Below are positions 24,401-36,400 of a stretch of 64,000 nucleotides of DNA, piece after piece (the stretch's first letter is position 1; each line of letters starts with the position of its first letter). The notes under the pieces are model-generated. The model was not told the DNA's origin, made no database searches, and was given only the letters and a program-made list of their open reading frames with translations. Origin of the DNA: Mytilus californianus (taxonomy: Eukaryota); contig NW_026262690.1 of assembly GCF_021869535.1 (NCBI RefSeq), positions 24,366,001 through 24,430,000 of the forward strand, written 5' to 3'. A program made the position numbers and the translations under genes.

Positions 24401-27400
24401 ACAAAAACTAGAACTCCACCATCTACATTACAGTATCCATCAGCACCTCATAATACTCTTACGTTCCCAGTTGCTCCACCTAGGAAAAAGAAATGCTCGA
24501 GTAGTGAGGTATTAATTTAAGTGATATATATTTGTATGATAATGAGCATATACCCAGTCAAAATTCCATATTTTAAGTTGTCTAAAGATTATAACTGCAG
24601 ACAAATGCATGTCTCAGATGACTGGAGAATAATGAGCCTAAAAGTGAAAAATTTGTATTCAGCTCCTATTAATATACATGTATCCGGTTATACATATTGG
24701 ATCCACTTAATTACCAGTATATATTTTAATGCAACTACATTGTTTCAATTTATTGACTTTAAAAGTTGCTTAAATTTGTTAAATTTATAAATTTTGTAAC
24801 TAAAAACAATGAATACAAATGTAACATCGACTGAATAGTTTTCCTTATTTAACTTGAATTGATAAATGATAATTTGTTTTCCATTTTAATTTTATTTCTT
24901 TGAATATGCAACAGTGCTAGATATTTAGTTGTTTACACATGTACATGTAGTTCCTTACAAGTGAAACAATTGACTTTTGTAACTATAAATGATAATTTAG
25001 GGCATAAACTTTGAAAGTCTCACCAATTCTCCCTATAAGTTTCAAAAAGAGAAGTCACTTCTCCATATGATTCTGAAGTAGTGTAAAATAAATTGTCAAT
25101 AGTCTTTTTTGAATTTGATTGATATAGTCTACTGTCAGGTGTAATTCTTTTACATAAGGATGAAAACTAGAAGTCACAAAAACATTGACTTTGCGGCAAT
25201 TGCCTTTGCAGTGCTCTCACACTTTGTTTATAATTTTGATATTTGAAGTTTTTCAATATATTTATTTCAGGTTTTTATAGGAATGATAGGATGGACAGTA
25301 CAAAAAGTATATCATTGCTTTTAGTTCTGCAATGCAGTCATAGTTCAGTTTTTTGGCATCAATTTACATTCGTTAACATGTTTGTTTAAAAAATCAGTAA
25401 TCTAAAATCAGGTTTCTTCATAGAATTTTTTAGCTTGATAAAAACTTCAAAGACTTAATTTTTTTTCGCTCTGGAAATTATGTCAAACATTTTCACCACA
25501 AACATTGTGATTTAAATGTAATTTTTTTATTGGGAATTTGTACATTTTTCGTTTGATGTGTACCCTCTGATAATAACAGTATCAGTGGACTGATCATGAT
25601 AAAAAAGTTATAGGGTCAGTTCACAATTGACATGCGCGAGTACACCGGTTAAGGATCTACTTTTCCTTTCATTCACAAAAAATTGCACATGACTTTTTTT
25701 CGCAGAAATATGAGTGTTTTTGTGAATAAAATATTTGTCTTTATTTCAGTAAAGGCAGACCTAGTGAAGCTTGTTTGAAGAGATATTGTCTAAATGGTGT
25801 AAAAATTTGAACAAAAAAATATACGAAAAACTTGATCTAGAATATTTTTTGATAGCTCACCTTACTATCCCGATCTGACTTTTCATTTATAAGCTGGAAT
25901 GTAAAATTGTCTGGTACTGTTTCAAGGTGTCTTCTTTTTTCTGTTTCTTGAGAAGGATTTGTTCAACCTGTTCAGTCACTATAAAGTGTTACAGTTCATA
26001 TTCAGACGCAACACATAAAAAGTAACCAGAAAGGTGTCTGTCGCCATTGCATGAGAGAAGCTAAAACAAAAAATAAAATATACACACATTGATAATGTTG
26101 AACCACCATATAAGAATAAGGAGATGTGGAATAATTGCCGATGTGACAACAATTAACAGACCAAAAGCAATAATGATAACAATAACTGCTTGGGCCTTAG
26201 CTTTTCAACATTTCATATAACTATTCAGGGTTGCAAAATAAATTACATTATCTTGCAAAAGCATGATAAGCGACAATAGAAAGACCAAAGTCGAGTTACA
26301 TCTATTAAATATTTGAAATAATGACATGAATTCCGATTAACTACAGACTTGTTGCCAATACCTGAATCTATAATTAGTGCTTTCCTAAAATGAATGTGAT
26401 CATCTTATGCTGACAAGATAAATGTGATTTTGAAACAGATTATCCATCAAATTAAAAGCAAGTAAGAAAAAGATTGAACTACAACAATACTTCTCAAACA
26501 AATAAAATTTTGCAAAATGGTGTTGAAAGCGGATTCAGATTGTATCATTCTTAGTCCAAATGAAGTCTTGAAAGGCTATTTTAATTTTTTGCTGTGACGC
26601 CATTAATTATATGAACTAGGTGTCACAGCAAAAAATAAAAATAGCCTTTCAAGACGTCATAATTATTTGGACTATATCTTTCTATGCTTTTTTGAAGAAA
26701 AAAAATGAAAATGAAACATGAAGGAAATTAGAGTAACCGTTATGTTATCAACAATTCTGTATTTTTTTAAGCATGTTCAAAGCAGAAATAATAAAAGGTA
26801 TTAAAGAATTATAAATTTTCCATTCTTTGGCATTGTGTGATTTGCATTGATTCGATGCAGTAAAGTAGTTTGTTTGCTATTTCTTCTATTCTTATGGTAA
26901 TTTTCTCAGTTTTCAAATTACTGATAAAGAAGAATAAAGGACTTTTTGTTTTTGAAACTGACTTTATCTCCATGAAATATCAGGCACGCCCTTTGGGCTT
27001 ACCTGATAGTTTACCAAAAAAATCAGGCATGCCCCTTTACAAATGGAATAAAAGCTGAATTTTTCGTTTCTGTTCTCTATATTTTGGTTTGCCTCAACCA
27101 AATGTTATGAAACTTATACACAATGCTTAATACAACAAAACACAGATCAAGTTTGAATTTTGGTGGTGTCACTTTTACTGTTCTAGAGTTATGCCCCTTT
27201 ACAAATGGAAAAATTGCTGAATTTTTCGTTTCTGTTCTTTAACTTAAGTTTGCCTCTGCCAAATGTTATGAAACTTATGCACAATGCTAATTACCAAGAA
27301 ACACAGATCAAGTTCGAATTTTGGTGGTGACACTTTTACCGTTCTACAGTTATTCTCCTTTACAAATGGAAAAATTACTGAATTTTTCGTTTCCGTTCTC

Positions 27401-30400
27401 TAACTTAAGTTTGCCTCTACTAAATGTTATGAAACGCATACACAATGCTTAATACCACAAAACTCAGATCAAGTACAACTTTGGATTGCATCACTTTTAC
27501 AGTTCTTGAGTTTTGTCCCTTTATAACGTTATATGCAAGCTGTGTCCCATGAACACATTCCCCATTTATTTTTTTTTGCAATAACAGGTCTAAGTGAACA
27601 TATTTATTAGTTATGTTTTTTAATGACCTGTCTAAAGACTAAATGAAAAAGAAATATGAAAAAGATAAAACTGCAGATCTCTATGAGATATCTGTTTCCT
27701 CTTTTTCTAAAATGATGCTCTTCTTTCACTTTGAAAACAAAGCTGTGTTCAAGTACCAACTAAACACATATGCTTATTGTCACAATTGAACTTGCAATGT
27801 TAGTTGTATTTGAATGACACTGGGGATCAAAATGGACATTTCTGTGGGTGTTGCTTGTTTATGAAATTCAATAAAATCTCATAAGAAGAAATTCTAATTA
27901 CATTTGTTAATTTAAAAACACAAAATTTTATAGAACATTTTTTTGCTTTATCAAATTTAAATCACTTCCTAAATCAAACATGTCTTATGAGAAAGCAAGT
28001 AAGTTCTGTATTTTCCTACTAGAATCAAATTGATTCATGGTAGCCATGTTTTATTAATGATTTTATCACTGGTAATGCATCATTTGTCAGATTGAACCCC
28101 AAGCATTAAAATTTTACACAAACAATGCAACCAGAGTAACAATCTCCAATAAACCATGGCCATCAACAATGCAACCAGAGTAACCATCTCCAATAAACCA
28201 TGGCCATCAACAATGCAACCAGAGTAACAATCTCCAATAAACCATGGCCATCAACAATGCAACCAGAGTAACAATCTCCAATAAACCATGGCCATCAACA
28301 ATGCAACCAGAGTAACAATCTCCAATAAACCATGGCCATCAACAATGCAACCAGAGTAACCATCTCCAATAAACCATGGCCATCAACAGTGCAACCAGAG
28401 TAACCATCTCCAATAAACCATGGCCATCAACAATGCAACCATAGTAACCATCTCCAATAAACCATGGCCATCAACAATGCAACCATAGTAACAATCTCCA
28501 ATAAACCATGGCCATCATGAATTAATTCTTAAATAAACATGATATCTATTTTTATATTTAAAGAATGCAGTTGGACCCTGCTTAGGTTTATGAAGAAACC
28601 TTTGATGAAAAATGATGATTGAAACTTGAACTATGACTGCATTTCTGATTATTTTCAAATGAAGATCTAGATGAAAAGTGTGAAGCTAAAATATATATCC
28701 TATATGTGCTTAAGGAGAAAGAAAACTTCCCAAAACCTTATATAACTGAAAAATAATATCATGTATAGTCAAAATGTATAACTGTTTTTTTTAGCTATTT
28801 AGAATGTATATTTTAAATACATGAAATACAGTAAAAATCTGAATTTTTTTTTGCATTCATGAACAGGGACAGAAAAAGGTAGTTCTATCCATTAATTATT
28901 ATATTACAGTACTCACATACATGTACCCCGCTTTCTTTTGTCTTTTCAAAGCCAACGAGTTTGAAATATTCAGAATTCTTGTTAAAAAAAATACTAATAA
29001 CTTTAACTGTACTTGTTAAGTCTTGTCATTGATAAAGTGTCTTTTTTGTCAATGTTTCTGGTTTTAATACATTTAAAACAATTTTTAATTCATGCTGTGT
29101 TTTAACTTTTTGCATTGCTGTGTTGCTATTTCCATTCTGGTTAAAACATTTTATCTAATATAGATTAAGAACTTTACTTGCCTTAACATCAATAAGGCAA
29201 GTCATCTTTTGTTAGCCTTAGATTCTTATATAAATATCTTTGGTTTCCAATTATTTTATCCTTAATATTAAACTTGGACCAAAGCTTCTTCATTATCAAG
29301 AAAAAGCATCTGTAGAAAAAATTTGAATTATGATTTTTTTTAACTTTTCAATTAATATTATACTGATAAATAGACTAAGTTTTGGGAAATAACAATTAGA
29401 TACAGTATAAGTTTTAAAACATCAATAATAATCTTTTTCCAACTTTAATTGAATTTCAGGAAACTTTTAGAGAAGGTTCTTCATAATCAAGTATTTACCA
29501 TCTAGATCAGAATTTTGATTTTTCTTCTTTATTCTGAATTTTAACTTAAGAATGGACAGTTATGTAGCAGTCAACATTATGTACATTCTATATATAGCTA
29601 TTTTTTAAGATTTTAAAATTTGTATTACTTATCCAAACCTTCATGGAATTTTATGAAACTTGAACAGAAGCCTTTTTATAATCAAGAAATAGTACACTTA
29701 TACAATGATAGGAGCAGGCACAACACAGGGTTTCATTAATTATTGAAACCCTATACAAATTCTCATATCTTGAAAACTATAATAGAGACTGTACACTTTT
29801 AAAATGATCTTGTAATTGTCAATAAGACAGAAACCAATAATTGACTTAAAACGATAGTATGTTACCAATTTTAACTCAGTAATATATAGACAGAAACTGT
29901 AAACAGCAAAACAAGATCTAGAAAAAATATCAATATGACCATGATGACTGATTACTCCTTACAGGAGTTCTTGCCTTTAAATGGGATTTTTTTTTACCAA
30001 TTTGATCATTTTGGCCTAGCCTATTATTTTGAAAACTTAAATTAATAATAGATTGATTGATTGTTGTTTGCTTTTGAAAAGATAGAAGAAAAATGTATAC
30101 AGCAAAAATGATATCTAAATAAATCTAATGGACAAAACTGTCAATGGACTTTTTATTGGAGATATTGTCCTAAAAATAACTTTTTTTAATTTTATTTAAA
30201 TTAAGATTTTGTATAGCAAATTTTTATCCTAATTTTTGCATAAATACTTATATAGCACATCTTTGCTAGATGAGAAATCCATACCTCTAGTTGTATATTT
30301 GACCTTCATAGTATGGTAGGAAAGCTACATATAAACATTGCTAATAGTAGTTCATCCTAATTATAGTGGTATGAAGGAAATATCTAGAAGTTTTACCTAC

Positions 30401-33400
30401 TCTGGCCCATTCCAACTGTAGACAGGTTAAAAAGTAAAGGAGGTTCTTTTTCACGAAATTCTTTGATATCTCATATAAGTTTCAGTGAATTCCAAAAAAT
30501 GAAAGCAACACTTTATAATTATATAAAATGTGTCCAAAGCGTTTTTCTGGATCTGCCTTCACCAGGAATGCTCAATGCCAAATAGTTGAAAACCAAGCTG
30601 TACTTTAGAGGGTATAAGTAGGAAATACACAACTTTATGAAGTTCTTAAGATAGCTTTAGATTATAAGTTAGAGGCAACAGTAGTTTTGGTTTATGTTTA
30701 ATTCTCATAAATGAGGGGCCTGATGGGTTATTTTCGTTCTTCGTGATCGGCGCATTTTCGCTATCGTGATCCGTTTTTCTACAGATTTTTTTTTTTTATA
30801 TTTTCGTGATCCGTGATCATGGAAATTTATTTTCTGTGAATCGTGATTGACAAAAAAATCAACTCGTGAATCGTGATGAGACCCCCCCATCAGGCCCCTC
30901 ATAAATCCTTTAAGAAGATATGATGAATAAAGGTAAAAAACTAAAACTGAGGTAAATACATGCCAATAAGAATTAATAAGTTTAAAAATAAGAATTGTCT
31001 GAATTGATTTTTCCAATAGCTTGCAAGAGAATGATTTCTCATTTTGAAAAAAAAATGCTTAACAAAGAATCACTATATAGGAATATAAAAGTTTGCTGAA
31101 GATTCACTAGAAATTGAATAATTTGTTTATCTATCAAAATATAAGAAATATATGTATAAATTTGAATTCACATTACTTATCCTCAATCTCTGATTCTCAT
31201 ATGTATTATTAATGTATTTACTGGATTTCCTATACTGTTGGCATTAAGAAGTAAACATTAATTTTATAGAAGTGTTAATAGTTAAAGTATATTATGTCAT
31301 TTACATAGCAGCATGTTTTTATTTCCTTGGAAAAAATAAACATACATGTAGCTATAGATATCTATAAAGAAACAATATTGTTTCCACAGCTTTCAGACAG
31401 TCCTTCAGAGTGGAGTAATCGTACATCTCTAACTTTACCTACACCTACCTCAACTGTTGATAAATTGACAAGAGATTTAGAATTCACATTAGATCTTCAG
31501 AGTGCCTTAGGTGGTGGACGCCATATCAGAACTGAAGTATGTATAAGTTTTATAATTACTGTGCTAAAGGATTTGGCATCTGTGATTAGTTATTGTCTGA
31601 TGTCTTTAAACATACACATTTTCATCTTTCTAAAACTTGGCCAATATTTAACAAATTTGAAATATGAATGGTGATTGGAAGGTCCTCTACAATCAATCCT
31701 CAGATCAAACACAGCTTGTTATCAATGGTTACTGTCTATCATATTTGTTTTTTGTTTTGTGCATAATTCAGGGCATCAGTTTTCTTGTTTATAAAAAAGA
31801 GATGTGGTATAATTGCAAAACTATCCACCAGAGTTTTAATGAAGTGGATGAAAGCAATTATAGGTCGCTGTACACCCTTCAACAAAGAGAAAAACCCATA
31901 CTGTACAGTCAGATATAAAAGCTATAACATGACAAAATGTGAAACAATTCAAACAAGAAAACTAACAGCCTAGTTTATAACAAAACAATTTATGAAAAAC
32001 AATGTCACTTGTATTTCGATCAATGCTAACGCTCAGTATAAATATATCAACAAATATAATGCCTACCTATGTAATAATGAGTATAGAGGATGGCATGATA
32101 GAATTCTTTCTTAATGTTGTTACAGGTTTGGTTCATTGTGTTATTGTTAATACTGTGGATTTATTTATTTTCATGGGTATAAATTTTGGTGGATTGATGG
32201 AAATTTGATTTCATGGTTTTGCCAAAATGTGCATACAAGACTATAAAAAATCATACTTATATATATCCCACAAATAATACTGAATCCACAGTAAACATAA
32301 AATATGCATGTAGTGGTTAATAGGGGGATTTGGTCATGTCTGCAATTTTGTTATTTCGAGTGATACAGGTTAAAGTGTCATTCAGATAGACAAAACTTCT
32401 CCTTTAGGGTACACTACTTTGAGGGAGACTATGTTGTCAACTTTATCATTTTAAGTCAGTCTTACATCATGATTTCTTTTGTAGGATGTAGATGGACATG
32501 CCATCAACTCAGACAAACCAAGATTCTTTAAGTCAGAAGACAGATTAAAGATTTCATCAGATTCAGAATCATCTCCAAGTTCTAATTTACAGATGTATAG
32601 GCCTCGCTCAAACTCTGGTCGTCTGTTAACAGATCAGGTAACTAATATACAGATGTTTAGACCTGCCTCAAACTCCGGTCATCTGTTGACAGATCAGGTA
32701 ACTAATATACAGATGTTTAAACCTGGCTCAAACTCTGGTTGTCTGTTGACAGATCAGGTAACTAATATACAGATGTATAGGCCTTGCTCAAACTCCGGTC
32801 GTCTGTTGACAGATCAGGTAACTAATACACAGATGTTTAGACCTGGATCAAACTCTGGTTGTCTGTTGACAGATCAGGTAACTAATATACAGATGTTTAG
32901 ACCTGCCTCAAACTCCGGTCATTTGTTGACAGATCAGGTAACTAATATACAGATGTTTAGACCTGGGCAAAACTATGGTAATCTGTTGACAGATCAGGTA
33001 ACTAAGATACAGATGTATAGGCCTTGCTCAAACTTTGGTAATCTGTTGACAGATCAGGTCACTAATATACAGTTGTATAGGCCTGGCTCAAACTCTGGTT
33101 GTCTGTTGACAGATCAGGTAACTAAGATACAGATGTTTAGACCTTGCTCAAACTCTGGTCATCTGTTGACAGATCAGGTAACTAATATACAGATGTTTAA
33201 ACCTGGCTCAAACTCTGGTTGTCTGTTGACAGATCAGGTCACTAATATACAGATGTTGAGACCTGGCTCAAACTCTGGTCATCTGTTGACAGATCAGGTT
33301 ACCAATATACAGATGTTTAGACCTGGCTCAAACTCTGGATTTCTGTTGACAGATCAGGTCATTAATATACAGATGTATAGGCCTGGCTCAAACTCTGGTC

Positions 33401-36400
33401 GTCTGTTGACAGATCAGGTAACTAATATACAGATGTATAGGCCTTGCTCAAACTCTGGTCGTCTGTTGACAGATCAGGTAACTAAGATACAGATGTATAG
33501 GCCTTGCTCAAACTCTGGTTGTCTGTTGACAGATCAGGTCCCTAAAATACAGATGTATAGGTCTTGCTCAAACTCTGGTCGTCTGTTGACAGATCAGGTA
33601 ACTAAGATACAGATGTATAGGCCTTGCTCAAACTCTGGTTGTCTGTTGACAGATCAGGTAACTAATATACAGATGTTTAAACCTGGCTCAAACTCTGGTC
33701 ATCTGTTGACAGATCAGGTAACTAATATACAGATGTTTAGACCTGGCTCAAACTCTGGTCATCTGTTGACAGATCAGGTAACTAATATACAGATGTTTAA
33801 ACCTGGCTCAAACTCTGGTTGTCTGTTGACAGATCAGGTAACTAATATACAGATGTTTAGACCTGCCTCAAACTCCGGTCATCTGTTGACAGATCAGGTA
33901 ACTAATATACAGATGCTTAGACCTGGCTCAAACTCTGGTCATCTGTTGACAGATCAGGTAACTAATATACAGATGTTTAGACCTGGCTCAAACTCCGTCA
34001 TCTGTTGACAGATCAGGTAACTAATATAAAGATGTTTAGACCTGGATCAAACTCTGGTCGTCATGTTGACAGATCAGGTAACTAATATACAGATGTATAG
34101 GCCTTGCTCAAACTCCGGTCGTCTGTTGACAGATCAGGTAACTAATACACAGATGTTTAGACCTGGATCAAACTCTGGTTGTCTGTTGACAGATCAGGTA
34201 ACTTATATACAGATGTTTAGACCTGCCTCAAACTCCGGTCATTTGTTGACAGATCAGGTAACTAATATACAGATGTTTAGACCTGGGGCAAACTTTGGTA
34301 ATCTGTTGACAGATCAGGTCACTAATATACAGTTGTATAGGCCTGGCTCAAACTCTGGTTGTCTGTTGACAGATCAGGTAACTAAGATACAGATGTTTAG
34401 ACCTTGCTCAAACTCTGGTCATCTGTTGACAGATCAGGTAACTAATATACAGATGTTTAAACCTGGCTCAAACTCTGGTTGTCTGTTGACAGATCAGGTC
34501 ACTAATATACAGATGTTGAGACCTGGCTCAAACTCTGGTCATCTGTTGACAGATCAGGTTACCAATATACAGATGTTTAGACCTGGCTCAAACTCTGGAT
34601 TTCTGTTGACAGATCAGGTCATTAATATACAGATGTATAGGCCTGGCTCAAACTCTGGTCATCTGTTGACAGATCAGGTAACTAATATACAGATGTTTAA
34701 ACCTGGCTCAAACTCTGGTTGTCTGTTGACAGATCAGGTCACTAATATACAGATGTTGAGACCTGGCTCAAACTCTGGTTGTCTGTTGACAGATCAGGTC
34801 ACTAATATACAGATGTTGAGACCTGGCTCAAACTCTGGTCATCTGTTGACAGATCAGGTAACTAATATACAGATGTTTAGACCTGGCTCAAACTCCGGTC
34901 ATTTGTTGACAGATCAGGTAACTAATATACAGATGTTGAGACCTGGCTCAAACTCTGGTCATCTGTTGACAGATCAGGTTACCAATATACAGATGTTTAG
35001 ACCTGGCTCAAACTCTGGATTTCTGTTGACAGATCAGGTCATTAATATACAGATGTATAGGCCTGGCTCAAACTCTGGTCATCTGTTGACAGATCAGGTA
35101 ACTAATATACAGATGTTTAAACCTGGCTCAAACTCTGGTTGTCTGTTGACAGATCAGGTCACTAATATACAGATGTTGAGACCTGGCTCAAACTCTGGTT
35201 GTCTGTTGACAGATCAGGTCACTAATATACAGATGTTGAGACCTGGCTCAAACTCTGGTCATCTGTTGACAGATCAGGTTACCAATATACAGATGTTTAG
35301 ACCTGGCTCAAACTCTGGATTTCTGTTGACAGATCAGGTCATTAATATACAGATGTATAGGCCTTGCTCAAACTCTGGTCGTCTGTTGACAGATCAGGTA
35401 ACTAATATACAGATGTATAGGCCTGGCTCAAACTCTGGTTGTCTGTTGCCAGATCAGGTTACTACAATAAGTAGATCAAATGGTTGTAGTATTAGTTTGT
35501 GTCACTGGCATTCAATAGAAAGGGTCACTGGCATTCAATAGAAAGGGTCACTGCCCTTAATCATTTACAGTGTAGGAATTCAAGCTTAATTTTCAAAATG
35601 ATAAAAAAAAAATATATACCTAAATGGTGTTAATAAATAGATACCAAAATACGAAATAACTATTCAAACTGTACTATTCTCTTCCTTTACAGAGATTTAG
35701 AATATCACTAAACATCCACTTTTTTCATTGTTTTAATATTTCCTACTGGTTATCAGTAACAAAGAGCACAAGTGCTATAGCATTAAAACATACTGATTAA
35801 TGTTTGATGTAAGACCCTTTGTCCAACAAACATTACTTTTAACAATTGAAGCTGATGTAAAATGAAATAATCACTCAATTTAAACATTTTGGTCAGCTGA
35901 AGATGAATCCTGGGGAGAATATGGAATGCCTAGAGTGTATAACTCATTAGTCAGTTTCATGTCCAGTGGCAGGATTTAAATGTAAGGACAGTTTTAGAAG
36001 TAATTAGCAAGTGATAACCAAGTATGTACATGCATTACTTACTATATATAACCAAGTATGTATCATCTGATTTTGTCATATCCCCAACATTACATAAATA
36101 AAATTGTTCTTTTAATTGTTTTAGTCTTCCGAAGGGACAGAAAAGATTAAAATTGTTAAGTTCAAGCATAAATTTATATTTGCAATCCTATGATTAACCA
36201 TATTTAACCATTTTCCATAAAAAAATATGACATTATCAGAAATTGGTTTCCTTTTTATGGCAAATTTTATCAAACTGCAAAAAACTTTTGCTCTGCATCC
36301 TTGGCAGTCTGTTTTGTTCAAATTGAACTGTATTTCATAGTATAAAATCCTTCCTTTATTCAAAATTTACGATTTTTAAAAGGCCTGTACGAAATCACCA

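Noticed and set aside
32582-35461. CRISPR-like array
   Set aside because: There are no unique spacers. The whole 60-bp unit repeats and derives from a eukaryotic exon, and no cas genes are present.
32593-35541. 471-aa and 492-aa ORFs as a standalone repeat-protein gene
   Set aside because: They are the in-frame reading of the array and begin inside WDR44 exon 7. There is no separate promoter, signal peptide or distinct terminus, and unit variation is largely nonsynonymous.
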